From the NCBI GenBank assembly GCA_951406725.2, contig OX597837.1:5084001-5148000 (forward strand): a stretch of DNA of 64,000 nt, given 5' to 3'. The notes beneath the pieces are model-generated. The model saw nothing but the letters and a program-made list of their open reading frames with translations. It was not told the DNA's origin and ran no database searches. Origin of the DNA: Octopus vulgaris (taxonomy: Eukaryota). Shown here piece by piece: positions 11,011-26,697 of this stretch. A program made the translations under genes and the position numbers. The first letter of the stretch is position 1. Each line of letters starts with the position of its first letter.

Positions 11011-11278
11011 ACTGTTGTGTCTGGGCAGAGTCATTTTCTTTTTGTGTCTTATAATTTAACACACACACCGGTAAAATTTCCACTTATTTCTTATTTTTAT
11101 TTTCCTAAAATTTTCATTGCGTCTTGCAACCTTTTCAATAGTCTTGACTCTTTTACCGGTGAGCTTGTTAAATAATAAGGCACAAGAAGAAAATGACTCT
11201 CCCCAGACACAAACAGAATATGTTTCAACACACGAACTCACATAAAGAATCTTGCAAACCAAATCCCAAAACGAAATA
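11011..11278. mobile_element. Repeat with internal inverted duplication (related to 62611-62740), possibly PLE-derived
   Basis: TGTGTCTGGGCAGAGTCATTTTC...CACCGGTAAAA (11015-11077) recurs inverted at ~11151-11211. Confidence 0.5.
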
Positions 11279-11809
11279 TCTATATCTATATCGATCTATC
11301 TATCTATAAATATATATATAATTATAATTAAGGGCATAGAAACAAATTTCTAGCCTATATGCTGAAAATAGATGCTAAATGTTTCAACGCTGGCCACTGA
11401 TAACATTTTTTAAATGAATTCATCCTTTATATATATATATGTGAGCTTCTGAAAAAAAGCATTAGTTGAGTACAGAGCATATAAGGAATTAAATGACAAG
11501 AAAAAATGTAGTTGTGGCTGATGCTGGTATCACATAACAGGCACCCATGCTGGTGGCATCTAGAAAGAACACTTCAAACATTGGGCCTCATGGAGGCAAT
11601 GATAATCAACCAAAAACCTTTTATGATATGTTAAGCTTGAGAAGACTTGTCAAGCCAAGTGAGATTATAGTTGGTTGAGGGGGGGGCAGTGCTGGTGTAG
11701 CATAATTGGTACCTGTGCTAGCAGCATATAAAAAGCACCAATCACAGTCTTGCTTGGAGTGGTTGGTGTTAGGAAGGGCATCCAGCCATAGAAACGATGC
11801 CAAATCAGA

Positions 11810-12390
11810 AACGATAGCATGCTGGGTGAAATGCTTAGCGGTATTTCGTCTGCCGTTACGTTCTGTGTCCAAATTCCGCCGAGGTCGACTTTGCCTTTCA
11901 TCCTTTTGGGGGTCGATTAAATAAGTACCAGTTATGCACTGGGGTCGATATAATCGACTTAATCCGTTTGTCTGTCCTTGTTTGTCCCCTTGTGTTTAGC
12001 CCCTTGTGGGCAATAAAAAAATAGATATTTCGTCTGTCTTTCCATTCTGAGTTCAAATTCTGCCGAGGTCGACTTTGCCTTTCATCCTTTCAGGGTCGAT
12101 AAATTAAGTACCAGTTACACACTGGGGATGATGTACTTGACTTAATCCGTTTGTCTGTCCTTGTTTGTCCCCTTGTGTTTAGCCCCTTGTGGGCAATAAA
12201 AAAATAGATATTTCGTCTGTCTTTCCATTCTGAGTTCAAATTCTGCCGAGGTCGACTTTGCCTTTCATCCTTTCAGGGTCGATAAATTAAGTACCAGTTA
12301 CACACTGGGGATGATGTACTTGACTTAATCCCTTTGTCTGTCCTTGTTTGTCCTCTTTGTGTTTAGCCCCTTGTGAGCAGTAAAGAAATA
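11810..12390 (+). mobile_element. MetaSINE-type SINE as a tandem trimer (period ~183 bp)
   Basis: Meta-domain-like GGTCGACTTTGCCTTTCATCCTTTCAGGGTCGATAAATTAAGTACCAG in units starting at 11842, 12026 and 12209. Flanked by AGAAAC(G/C)ATGCCAAATCAGA at 11790-11809 and 12391-12410. Confidence 0.8.
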
Positions 12391-12519
12391 AGAAACCATG
12401 CCAAATCAGACTGGAACCTGTTGGAGCTCTCCAGCTTACCATCTCTGGTCAAGCAATCTAACCCATGCCAGCATGGAAAGCAAACTGTAAATGATGAATA
12501 TGATGAGAACAGGAATTTA

Positions 12520-12575
<56 letters not shown>

Positions 12576-12807
12576 ATGTTCCTGTGTGTATATGGGTGTG
12601 TGTGCCTTGTTGTTTTGGTATTGCGTGATAGTTGTAAATGGGCGTTACTGTGATACAAGTAGTATCTCGCTTTCAAGGCCATGCTCCAGAATGAAATGTG
12701 TGTCAAGGTCATACTCCAGCGTGGCCACAGTCCAATGACTGAAACCAGTAAAACAGTAAAAACCAGTAAAAAAGACCATACATACAAACACACGCATGTA
12801 TGCTTTC

Positions 12808-12867
<60 letters not shown>

Positions 12868-13019
12868 GTATATACAATCATGCACGCACACACACACACA
12901 CATACACACACACACATAATTCGTTTGATCTAGCACAATTGAATTATTATTTTGACATTCACTCAAGGTTATCAATTGTATATTTTGTCACCTTTTTTTT
13001 GCTTTATATTTTCTATTCA

Positions 13020-13485
<466 letters not shown>

Positions 13486-13978
13486 GTTGTTGATTCTTGT
13501 TTATTAGAAAGGAGTAAAAGGGAGTTGCCGGGGCGGGGGGAGTTGTGTAATGTTATTTGGTGGTGGTGGGGGTGGGGTTACGGTGTGGGCCATGTGGGGT
13601 GTAGGGGTGTGTTGGTGCCCTGACTTAAGTGTAAATGTTAACGGAGAAATGAGATGTCAAGTGAAATTCTACCGAACCCATAATGTACATATATACACAC
13701 CCTGCACAGATATACATATATACATACATGCATACATACATGTATACACGCATATGTATTTGTATGTGTGTATACAAACATGTATGTAGCTACATTATGC
13801 ATATAAATACATGTATATATGTATGCAAATATGTGTATATAATTATGTGTACATATATATGTATATATATATATATATAAATATATATATATATAAATAT
13901 ATACTCACACACATACACATATTTATGCATACACACAGAAAGACACACATATTCATAAACACATGAATATATATACAT

Positions 13979-14016
<38 letters not shown>

Positions 14017-14826
14017 TATATATATATATATATGCACGCACACACACACACAGTCAAGCAAGGGTTGAGGCTTCTGGATGACCTCACCACCACCACCACC
14101 ACAACCACCATCTCGCCTTGTGGTATGTATGCATATATAATCATGTATAATATATATACATATGAAAGCAGATTAGGCAACAAAGCATGAATACCTTTAA
14201 AATAGTGAAGGTCCTTCACCCCTGCTTCATTGAAATTCTGGCTACACCCATTGTATGCAAATGAGGATTATACATGTATGTATTATATGGGATATATATG
14301 TATGTTGTGGGGTTCCATTGTGAAAGGTTAGGAGTTCTGATATTGTAGTCTGGTCGGGTGAAGACTTTAAAGTGTTCCCAAGAATTCCTCCAGGAAATGG
14401 AATTTGAAGTTACAAAATGCTAATCTGAACTTAAAAAGAAAACAGTGAATGATTGCTTTAGCAGAGATTGAGTTCAATTTTACCAATTTTTGTTACATAC
14501 TTTTGTTACATATATATATATATATATATGTGCATATATATATATATATGTATATATATATATCATCATCATCATAAATGATGATGATGATGATGATGAT
14601 GATATATATATATATATATACACACATATATATATATATTATGTAATATTCTATTAATTATTGTATCCTTCTCTTTCATACCCACTTGTATATATATCTC
14701 TCTGTGCCACTCTGTAGCCTTCCTGCCTGTCTGTCTGTGTATCTGTCCGTCTGTCCGTCTCTCACCCATCTCATTAGGAGTAATCAAGATTATATAACAC
14801 TCCAGCATGCCTTCACACACAGACAT

Positions 14827-14860
<34 letters not shown>

Positions 14861-14979
14861 TTCAATCAATTAAGTTTATGTAAGAAATATAACACTTCTT
14901 TAATCTAAGCCACCATATGCTTTAATTTAGATAGTAAATAGTGTGTGTGTGTGTGTGAATGTATATTAATGCTTTTAAA

Positions 14980-15012
<33 letters not shown>

Positions 15013-15640
15013 AAGGAGGATACCACAATTGCTATTGTGATATTTCAAGACAGTTGCCTGATGAAATGGCCTGTAACTGGTTCCGGGTTCAGTCCCACTG
15101 CATGGCACCTTGGGCAAGTGTCTTCTACTATAACCTCGGGCCAACCAAAGCCTTGTGAGTGTATTTGGTAGATGGAAACTGAAAGAAGCCCACTGTTTAT
15201 ATGTATGTGTGTGTGTCTTTGTGTCTGTGTTTATCTCCCGTCACTACTTGACAACCAGTATTGGTGTGTTTCTGCCTTCGTAACCTAGCGGTTTGGCAAA
15301 AGAGACCGATAGAATTACTGGCATTGATTAATTTGACTATAATAAATTCTTCGAGGTGGTGCCCCAGCATGGCCACAGTCTAATGACTGAAACAAGTAAA
15401 AGATAAAAGATAAGACACACACATACAAATGTAAGTGATAATATAGATGAGGTAAAGCAGTGCACCCAGTGGGATTTGAACCCAAAATATCAAGGAAGTT
15501 AAGTAAATATTGCTGCAAGCTTACTTCATTCTGACTCTTCACACATCCTACCACACCCTGTCCCACCTCCCTGCCGTCCCACGCCCATCTAAATCTAATA
15601 ATAGAGATGAGGAGGATTGGGATAAAAATAGCAGTAATTG

Positions 15641-15716
<76 letters not shown>

Positions 15717-15721
15717 TAATA

Positions 15722-16159
15722 ATAAATACCACAGATTTGCTTGTCAGTTGTTTGACCTTAACCAGTTGAGCATGTCCCTTAGTGGCTGACGATATGTGCA
15801 TCTCTGATCACAAGCAGAAGTAGTGGGGGAGCATCATAGCCATGTGTTGAGAGGGATTCTTTGGGGTTTGAATAATTCACCTCTGGAAACATGGGTGGTT
15901 CTTTCAACATCCTTAAACAACCCTTATTCAGGGACCTTTTGAGCAGGATGGGCTACTCAACCTGAAGAAATTTCTAACTGGGCCCCACCTGCAAGGTCAT
16001 GTGCTGTTTATTTTGATATGAGATCTCCATGTCGCGCACATATGGTTGTGATGCATGTGCCTGGTGTACCCTTATCAGACGGGTAGTCATGATGGGTATA
16101 TTGGGCTTCGTATATTTTACCCCAGTGTTACTTTGATGGCATGAACTGCTCTCTCACTC

Positions 16160-16160
<1 letters not shown>
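15722..16160 (+). mobile_element. Dispersed repeat embedded in (TAA)n, probably the 3' UTR of an R4/Dong-like LINE (copies at 19163-19333 and 32371-32826)
   Basis: High identity to 32469-32826. Two copies end at CTCTCTCAC(T/C)CAATAATAAT. This copy has TAA arrays on both flanks. Confidence 0.6.
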
Positions 16161-16204
<44 letters not shown>

Positions 16205-16843
16205 GGTTTCGAATTTTGGCACAAGGCTAGCAGTTTCAGGAGAGGATTACATCAACCCCATTGGTCAACTGGTATTTATTTTGCTAATCCCAAAAGGATG
16301 AAAGGCAAAATTGACTTTAGCAGAATTTGAACTCCACTACCTTAATAGCAAGAAGAAGATTTCTTTCTGTAGGTATAAAGCCTGGAATTTTGGGTGAGCA
16401 GGTTAGTTGTTTACATCAACCCCCCATGCTCATCTGGTACAGATTTCATCGACCCCGAAAGGATGAAAAAGTAAAGATGACTTTGGTAGAATTTGAACTC
16501 AGAATATAACACCAGAAGAAATGCTGCAAAGCCTTTTGTTCATTACAGTAGCAATTAATATTAATGATCTTTTCTGCTTATAGTCACAAGAGCCTGAAAT
16601 TTTAGGGGAGAAAGATAGATGATTATATAGACCCCAGCACTCAGCTGGTGCTTATTTTATTGACGCTAAAAGATTAAAAGGCAAAGTTGACCTTGGACTG
16701 GTAACAAAAGGGTTCCTTTTTTTTTTTTCTTTTTTTCCTTTGTTTTATAATAACCCACCTGAGACCTCCCATTGGTTCTGTGGGGCACACTTTCTGTTTT
16801 GAAGCAATGTTAACTAGAACCTTCCATCAACATTTCACATTAA

Positions 16844-17063
16844 CCCTTTAGCGTTCTGATTTCTCTGTCAAATATAAAGCTTTTTCATTCACATTGTTTT
16901 GAATTAATCCTGCATTATCTGGTAGCTCTGAGAATTTGATGATGTGATGGTTTATTTTGAGGATGTCATTGTAGGATATGAGTGAGAGGCCAGATCCGGA
17001 TGGTTTGAACATAAAAGAAGGAGAAAATTTGGGCCGGATATGGCCGGTTTAAATGTTAAAGGG
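16844..17063 (+). mobile_element. piggyBac-like MITE (copies at ~34783-34992 and ~59115-59327)
   Basis: TTAA|CCCTTTAGCGTT ... AATGTTAAAGGG|TTAA. Confidence 0.75.
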
Positions 17064-17539
17064 TTAATTTACTATGTTCCAAACACCAGGTTGATACTGA
17101 CTAAGTCATTATACTAAAGTCTTCATTATTTTCTAAATTCATTAAAACAAGGGCAGTGAATTTCAGCACTAATATGGTAACAAAAGGGTTAAAGTGATCT
17201 AAATTCAAACATTCCATCAAAACATCATGTTAACCTATGTTCCAAACATCAGTTTTATAAGAAAAGTTATTTTTACTAAGACACTTCATTATTTTCATAA
17301 TTAATTGAAACAAAAGCAGTGTGTTTCTATATGCATATATTTCTGTATGGTAACAAAATGGTTAATAGAGACAAAGTTGTTTTACTAAATATTTCATTAT
17401 TTTCGAAATTAAGTGAAGTAATGGCAGTGTATTTCATCATAAATATTGTAGCAAAAGAATTTATGCCAAGTTTTAAAATCTTTGAAAAGCGCAACCCTGT
17501 GCCATCCACCTTCTGCAGGAATTGAACTCACAGCAGATA

Positions 17540-17700
17540 ATTGCATTTTAAAACAAATTAAGTAAAGCAGAAAATGATAGCACACTCTTCAAATAGAGCG
17601 CGGAGATATCCCTTCAAGAAATACCAGACGAACCACCAGCACCTGGATATGTTTCCACCAAAAACAACTCCCTATGTGATAGGGGTTTGGTGTTCAAATA
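17540..17700 (+). pseudogene. Decayed CR1-like LINE ORF2 C-terminus
   Basis: Reads LFK*SAEISLQEIPDEPPAPGYVSTKNNSLCD, the FK..LD.FL..(I/V)PDEP...NSL motif also seen at 50660. Confidence 0.6.
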
Positions 17701-17805
17701 TATCCCTTCTCCAGGTGCTGCTATTAAGGTCACCTGCACTGGATAAGATTTACGTGTGGTGTGTGTATGTGTGTCTGTGTATACACATGATCTTTTATTC
17801 ATAAA

Positions 17806-17837
<32 letters not shown>

Positions 17838-17899
17838 CCACACACATGCACACACACACACATATAGACATACATATAAATATATGTGCATGTGTGTGT

Positions 17900-17952
<53 letters not shown>

Positions 17953-18128
17953 TGATTACATATAGATACACACACACATATATATATATGTATACAGATA
18001 CACACACATACACACATAATATATATATGTATAAATAAAATATATTCATCCATATACATAATTACATACATATATATGTGTGTAAACATGTATGCATATA
18101 AGTATATATATATACATCGATATATACA

Positions 18129-18189
<61 letters not shown>

Positions 18190-18552
18190 GTATGTATGCA
18201 TGTATATTACATACACACACACACGCATCAAATTAATATATCCATTAGGGAATTGGCTAGATTAAAGAATGCAGATATTTTTATAGAATTTTCAAAACAG
18301 AAATAGAACGATCCTATACTATTGGAAGAGAAGGAATCCTTATAGAACCAACTTTTAACTGGTGACCTGTGGGATAAGACATGGTAGATCAAGATAAACA
18401 TGGCTAAGAATAAAGGAGAGAGAGGTTGGTGGAGGAAATTGGCTACACGTGGAAGAGCACAGCTCAAAATGGAAATATTTGGTTTGAGTTCACAAGGGCA
18501 CTGTGTGTTTATTGAATGTCATAGGATTAATATAGCATAAAATATATATGCA

Positions 18553-18800
18553 TATCACGTGATCACGTGACCGACCAGACCATCAGATGTTGTTACACAT
18601 CACTGGTCACAATGCGTTCGCATTGTTTTAGCCTTCGAATGACGCCATCCCGCTGGCTAAGCGAGCAGGCCAACAGAAGAAAGAGTGGTGAAAGAGTACA
18701 GCAGGGATCACCACCCCCTGCTGAAGCTTGGGAATCGAAACCGCGATCCTGCGACCGCAAGTCCGCTGCCCTAACCACTAGGCCATTGCGCCTCCACATA
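18553..18800 (-). mobile_element. Third tRNA-derived SINE family (copies at 23293-23618 + and 39038-39335 +)
   Basis: Head GGAGGCGCAATGGCCTAGTGGTTAGGGCAGCGGACTTGCGG...GGTTTCGATTCCC. Tail ...GGTCGGTCACGTGATCACGTGATA. Confidence 0.75.
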
Positions 18801-19366
18801 TATATGCATATACGTATGTATATATATATATAGTTCATCATCATCATCATCATCATCATTTAATGTCCACTTTCCATGCTAGCATGGGTCGGACGATTTT
18901 GACTGAGGGCTGGTGAACCAGATGGCTGCATCAGGCTCCAATCTTGATTTGGCAGAGCTTCTACAGCTAGATGCCCTTCCTAATGCCAACCACTCCAAGA
19001 GTGTAGTGGGTGCTTTTTACATGCCACCGGCACGTGGGCCAATCAGGCGGTACTGGCAATGACCTCGCTCGAATCTTTTTACGCATGCCACCGGCACAGG
19101 TGCCAGTAAGGCGACGTTGGTAATGATCACGCTCGAATGGTGCCCTTTTACATGCCACTGGTAACAAGGTCATGTGCTGTTTATCTTGATATGAGGTCAC
19201 CATGTCACACACATATGGTTGTGATGCATGGGCCTGGTGTACCCTTATCAGACGGGTAGTCATGATGGATATACTGGGCATCGTATATTTTACCCCAGTG
19301 TCACTTTGATGGCATGCACTGCTCTCTCACCCAATAATAATAATAACAATAATAATAATAATAATA

Positions 19367-19404
<38 letters not shown>

Positions 19405-19940
19405 AATAATGGTTTCAAATTTTGGCACAAGGCCAGCAAATTCAAGTGGGAGGGAATAAGTTGATTACATTGACCCCAGTGTTCAACTGGTACTTATCTT
19501 TATTGACCCTGGAAGCGAGGAAGAAGAAGATGACGATGATGATGACGGCAACAATGATGACAATGACAGCAGCGAAGACGATGACAAAGGAGCAGTGCTT
19601 GCTGTGACGTACCATTTTATATCAAGGATCCTGCAAAATCAAACACAGAAGCAAACTATTCAATGTGTCCTTCTCTTTTTAAAACAGTTGTGTGTAATTT
19701 GAGGAAGATTTAGCTCCTATTTCTAGCTCGTGAATTCATCATCAGGATGCTGCCTCATTAACATAATCTCATTATTGTTGTTATTAATTGTTTGATGATG
19801 TCCTTTGATTAACATTCTAACCTAGTTTTTCCTTTGTTTTTGTCTTCATGCTAGATGATTTAATTAGATCTCTGATTGCATTTAATCTGTTAATTAGTTT
19901 ATTAATGAATTTTTAAGTTCTTCCCAAAATGCTCAGCTTT

Positions 19941-20120
19941 GACGAGGCACAACATTATTAATGAGACACAGCCCTTGTTAACGAGGCACAACATAATTAA
20001 TGAGACACAGCCCTTGTTAATGAGTCACGACCTTGATTGTTAATGAGAAACAACTTTGATTGCTAACGAGACATGACATTGATAAGTGAGACACAATTCT
20101 GATAGCTAATGAGACACAAT
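19941..20120. repeat. Minisatellite of 19-23 bp units (TAATGAGACACAACCTTGATTGT-like)
   Basis: About 9 degenerate units sharing the TGAGACACA core. Confidence 0.8.
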
Positions 20121-21154
20121 AAGGTAGAAACATTCATGAGTTTTCTCTTCCTTCTTTTATTTGTACATTTCTTTCCTTCCTGACTTCTTTCTTTCATTCT
20201 TTCTTTTTTCCTTCTTTCAGTTTTTTCTTGCTTCGTTCGTTCTTTTGTTCATTCCTTCCTTCCTTCCTTCCTTTCTCTCTGTCTTCCTTGCTTTCTCTGT
20301 TCCTCCATCTCTCCCTTTTTATGCTTTCCTGTGACTGTGAATGTTCAGCGTCTTTGAGAGGAATACTCTTTTTACTCTTTTACTTGTTTCAGTCAGTTGA
20401 CTGCGGCCAAGCTGGAGCACCCCCTTTAGTCGAGCAACTCGACCATGGGACTTATTCTTTGTAAGCCCAGTACTTATTCTATCGGTCTCTTTTGCCGAAC
20501 CGCTAAGTGACGGGGACGTAAACACACCAGCATCGGTTGTCAAACAATGCTAGGGGGACAAACACGGACACACAAACATACACGCACACATATATATCAT
20601 CATCATCATCATCATCGTTTAGCGTCCACTTTCCATGCTAGCATGGGTTGGACGGTTCAACTGGGGTCTGGGAAGCCAAAAGGCTAGACCAGGCCCAGTC
20701 TGATCTGGCAATGTTTCTATGGGTGGATGACCTTCCTAACGCCAACCACTCCGTGAGTGTAGTGGGTGCTTTTTACATGCCACCAGACGAGTCTGGCAAA
20801 TGGCCACGATCGGATGGTGCTTTTTACGTGCCACCGGCACGGGGGCCAGACGGGGCAGGCAACGGCCACGAACGGATGGTGCTTTTTATGTGCCACCGGC
20901 ACGGATGGGCTCCTTTCAGTTTCCGTCTACCAAATCCACTCACAAGGCTTTGGTCAGCCCGAGGCTATAGTAGAAGACACTTGCCCAAGATGCCACGCAG
21001 TGGGACTGAACCAGGAACCATGTGGTTGGTAAGCAAGTTACTTACCACACAGCCAAATGAAAGTTGGTTGGGTTGGGTATTGGCACCAGACCAAGAACAG
21101 GGTACCACACAGGCTTATAATGTCACCTAGTGTACCATCACAACTGCCAATATC

Positions 21155-21660
21155 TCCAACACCAGCACCACCAGCACCACCATCACCATCTTCACCACTA
21201 CTACCACCACCACTAATATGTGCCACCACCACACCACCACCACCACCATCAAAACCACCACCATCACCACCACCACCACCACCACCAGCACCAGCACTAG
21301 CACCACCACCACCAGCACCACTACCACCACCACCACCAACACCACCAACAACAACAACAACAACATCCACCATCACCACCACCACCACCACCACCAACAA
21401 CAACAATAACAACAACAACAGCATCCACCATCACCACCACCACCACTGCAACCACCGCCACCATTGTAACCACTGCTACCCACACAACCACCGCCACCCA
21501 CACAACCACCGCCACCACCACCAACAACAATATCCAGCACAACCAACATCCACCACAACCACCACCACCACCACCACACCCACTGCCACCCATGCAACCA
21601 CTGCCACCACCACCACCACCACCATCACCACCACCACCACCACCACCACCACCACCAGGT
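21155..21660. repeat. (CCA)/(CAA)-rich low-complexity tract (similar tracts at 54815-55290 and 56960-57330)
   Basis: Degenerate trinucleotide repeats that keep most reading frames open. Confidence 0.9.
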
Positions 21661-22234
21661 CTTTGAGTGCCTTTTTCCACCAAATCGTTTTCCTATCCTG
21701 ATACAGCAATGTGCAACTCCCTTCCAACCGAGATTCTTGGGCTGTACACATAAAACTTCCACACAAGTCATGGAGACATTGGGTGGGAGCAGAGGAGGAG
21801 GAATAGAAGAGGTGGAGGAGGAGGAGGAAGGTCATGGGCCCTGCCCCTCATTCGTTGAATGAGTCATACAATGTGGGTGTATGTATATACACCCACTTGT
21901 TTATATATATGTGCATTTGTGCATGTGTATTGCAATATATGTATGTGTGTGTGTATGTTTATATATATATATAAAATTATATATATATATATATAATTGT
22001 GTGTATATATATATATAAAATTGTATATATATATGTGTATGTGTGTGTGTGCATGTATATATATATACATATATACACACACATGTAGTTATACAGAAAT
22101 GTGCATGAGTGTGTTTGTGTATATGTGTATGTATGTTTATACATACACATATATAAACCACACATATAAACATGTACATGCTATATACATAGATACACAC
22201 ACACACATGCCTACACACATACATACGTACATAC

Positions 22235-22282
<48 letters not shown>

Positions 22283-22896
22283 GAGTGTATATGAATGTGT
22301 CTGATGTGACTGTACAAGCGTGCTCACAAACAGGGTATTCTGTTACGAAAGTATAAATAAAAGTGATGAATGCATGAGTGCTGTGAGGCAAAAACCCCAA
22401 AAAACAAAAATAACACCCCCACCCCCCACCCCCCACCCTTTCAAAAAAAAAAAAGAAGAGAAATAACCAAACCAACAAAACACACAAAAACAATATAAAA
22501 AAAAGACTACTTCATGTGTCAGATCTTCAATGAAAAACATGTCCCTCTCATTGCTACCAAGGTCCTACAAGAAGCTGTTTTGTCTTTTCTCCTATTCAAG
22601 GTCCCCCAAAATATATACACCCACTCCCTAGGGTGTTTTGTTTATATACACCATCCAGTTATATACTATCATTAATCTTAGTGAGCAAGTCGCTAATCTA
22701 TGTTTATCTCCTAATGGAAATAGTCGGGCAGGCTTAGTAACAGAGTAGAGCAGAGACAACATGGTGACCTCTAGATAGGTCGTATGACCTTCTGGTAAAA
22801 TGAAACTGAAACTACAGCTAAAATTTTTGTCAAATTATATAAACACACAAATGCTGGAACATATACAACATAAATTACATACATGCATACATACAT

Positions 22897-22977
<81 letters not shown>

Positions 22978-23163
22978 CATAGGTGTGGCTGTGTGGCAAG
23001 TAGTTTGCTTACCAACTACATGGTTCCGGGTTCATTCCCACTGCATGGCACCTTGGGCAAGTGTCTTCTACTATAGCCTCGGGCTGACCAAAGCCTTGTG
23101 AGTGGATTTGGTAGTAGACGGAAACTGAAAGAAGCCCGTCGTATATATGTATATGTATATGTA

Positions 23164-23292
<129 letters not shown>

Positions 23293-23673
23293 GTGGAGGC
23301 ACAATGGCTCAGTGGTTAGGGTAGCGGAATCGCAGTTGTAGGATCGCAGTTTCGATTCCCAGACTGAGCGTTGTGAGTGTTTATTGAGCGAAAACACCTA
23401 AAGCACCACGAGGCTCCGGCAGGGGGTGGTGGCGATCCCTGCTGTACTCTTTTGCCACAACTTTCTCTCGCTCTTTCTTCTGTTGGCCTGCTCACTTAGC
23501 CAGTTTGGTGGCATCAATTGAAGGCTAAAACAATGCAAAGCACATTGTGACCAGCGATATGTAGCAACATCTGATAGCCTGGTCGGTCATGGTGATATCA
23601 CCGGTGATCACGGTGATATGTATATATATGTATATATGAATATATATTTATATATATGTATATGAATATACAT

Positions 23674-23786
<113 letters not shown>

Positions 23787-24353
23787 GTATATACATATAT
23801 ATATATATATATATATGTATAGATAAATAAAGTTACATCAATAACACACATAAACACACATGCAGTAACAATAATAACGATAACATATAACAGCAACAAT
23901 AACTGCCACCACCACTACAGCTGCTACCACCACTACCATCATCACTATGACCCTATGCAATACCACCAACACTACAACCACTACCATCATCACACCACCA
24001 GCACCATGACCACAACATCATCTCCATCACCACCACCTGAACAACAACAAGAATACAATAGGTTGACTGCAAGAGCTGAGTCAGTGCTTCAAGAGAAAAA
24101 TCTTTCTTTAAAGAAATTTGACAAATTACTTTACCCTGCCCCCCCCACACACACACTCCTAATATCAGCTCCACCCTTTGTACAAGACAAATTGCTGTAG
24201 CTTATGGTGGCCACCACCCTTTAAATGAGGCACACCTGAGGGTTGATTCACGGTTGTTTGTGAGACATGTTGGGTGGAACAGGGTGTAGCAAAGATGGTT
24301 TCGTTATAATAAGCAAAAACTTCATCATCATCACAATAATGATAATAATAATA

Positions 24354-24391
<38 letters not shown>

Positions 24392-24415
24392 AACAATAAT
24401 AATAATAACAAGAGA

Positions 24416-24800
24416 AAGGTGGCGAGCTGGCAGAAACGTTAGCATGCCGGGTGAAAAGCTTAGCGGTATTTCGTCAGACATTATGTTCTGAGTTCAAATT
24501 CTCCCGAGGTCGACTTTGCCTTTCGTCCTTTTGGGTTCATAAATTAAGTACCAGTTACGCACTGGAGTCGATGTAATCGACTTAATCGCTTTGTCTGTCT
24601 TTGTTTGTCTCTTTTATGTTTAGCCCCTTGTGGGCAATAAAGAAATAAGAAATGTTTGCACAATGGGCGAAATGCTTAGTAGTATTTTGTCTGTTTTACG
24701 TTCTAAGTTCAAATTCTGCTGAGGTCGACTTTGCCTTTCATCCTTTCAGGGTCGATAAATTAAGTACCAGTTATGCACTGGCGTCGATGTAATCGACTTA
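24416..24800 (+). mobile_element. MetaSINE-type SINE tandem dimer (monomers at 44334-44530, 45022-45205, 60333-60548; minus strand at 32123-32335, 51489-51702)
   Basis: GGTGGCGAGCTGGCAGAA head, GAGTTCAAATTC B box, Meta-like domain present twice. Confidence 0.75.
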
Positions 24801-24826
24801 AACCATTAGAGTCTTCAGGCAAGATA

Positions 24827-24883
<57 letters not shown>

Positions 24884-25294
24884 TATCATATATACCTTCT
24901 TGTTTATTTTTTTTTTTCTACATTGACCATCCTTATTTAAATATGAATTTTATATTATTTAATAGTGATGACAAACCCATTTAGGAATTCTCTCAACAAA
25001 CTGGAACTGATGGGAAACTCAGACCAAAATCCTCAAATGCAATTTTTGATATATATCTATATAAATATGGGGTGTGTAAGCACATGTGTATAAGTATATA
25101 TATATGTGCATGTATATGTATATACATACATATGTTTATACATATATACATACATACATACATATGTATGTATGTGTATGTGTGTATATATATATGCATG
25201 TGTGTGTATATATATATATATGTGTGTATGTAAATATATATGTGTATGTACATATATATGTATAGATAAACATACATATATATATATACATATT

Positions 25295-25345
<51 letters not shown>

Positions 25346-26697
25346 GTATATATATATGTGTGTACACACACACACATACATATATATATATAATATATAT
25401 ATGTGCGTGTGTGTGTGTATGTATGTATGTATATATATATACACACAAAATGCGTAGTTATCACTCACTAACATCTTTTAACAGTAGGTGGTCTGTACAC
25501 ATAATTATTTTCTTAGGGGTTGCAATTTTTTTTTATCCTTATTTCCTATAAAAGGACTCAGGGATTATAGTCAGCTTGTCACTAATTGGAATGCTATGTT
25601 ACCCCTACTTTAGCGTCATCAATTTTGTTTTTCCTTAATATTTGTTCCATGCTTTTTTGCAATTTCAGAGATATTTACATAAATAAATACAAAGTATATG
25701 GCTCTGTTTATTAAGAAATTCACAAGACAACCATTATGGCTCCCAAAATCATTCCTATAGCATGACACATTTGTTTAAAATGGCATCTGTAATCATAGCC
25801 TTGGGTTGGTTAGAACCTTCTGAGTGTAACTTTAGTAATTTTATAGATGGAAACTGTACAGAAAGGTATTTATCAAAATGTGCCAGTATATTTGTGTTTT
25901 ACATGGTGGTTGACTGCAGATGTGACTAGAATCGAGGAACCTGTTGGATTTAAAAGCTTGAATTTCAACAGATACAAGTTTATATCATGTGTTGCTACAT
26001 GTTTAGAATTTTGCTTTAGATGTTCCAAGCACAATTGGGTGTTTAACCACACCAGATCAAAGACAGTAGTATAGTAGACAAACTAATCTAGAACCAGTCT
26101 GGTGGATGAAGATAATCTACATGGAGCTCTAAACATAAATAATATTTATAAAATTGGGAAACTAACCCATTCAATACCAGCCCGGCTGAAACCGACTCTG
26201 GCTCTGTAGTACAAATATATTGTTTCATTAAGTTCCAAATTAAAAACTTCCACCAAACCTTAGTCACAATTTATGTTCCTAACACCAGCTTTAATGATAA
26301 CAAAGTTATTTTACTAAATTCATCATCATCATCATCATTTAATGTCCGCTTTCCATGCTAGCATGGGCTGGACAATTTGACTGAGGACTGACGAACCAGA
26401 TGGCTGCACCAGGCTCCAATCTGATCTGGCAGAGTTTCTACAGCTGGATGCCCTCCTTCCTAACGCCAACCACTCCGAGAATGTAGTGGGTGCTTTTACG
26501 TGCCACTGGCACGAGGGCCAGTCAGGCGGTATGTATACACACACACACAACTGCATAAATATGGCATTAGGAAGGGCATCCAGCCATAGAAACCATGCCA
26601 AATCAGATTGGAACTTGGTGCACCTCTCTGGCTTACCAGTTTCAGCATGAAAATTAGATGTCAAATGATGAGCATGATGATGATTATATATATACAT

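Noticed and set aside
18445-18472. CGTGGAAGAGCACAGCTCAAAATG, resembling the minimal HHR family
   Set aside because: No helix I and both core halves are mutated.
19941-20120. Repeat array with a conserved core and variable intervening sequence, superficially CRISPR-like
   Set aside because: Units are 19-23 bp and the intervening parts are related to each other. It is a minisatellite in eukaryotic DNA with no cas genes.
21057-21701. Pro/Thr/His-rich 214 aa ORF resembling formin or extensin
   Set aside because: A degenerate (CCA)n tract open in most frames, starting at a SINE edge, with no domain.
23293-23375. tRNA-like sequence (also at 18725-18800, 39038-39115 and 4015-4085)
   Set aside because: SINE heads: they continue into shared SINE bodies or lack a proper acceptor stem.
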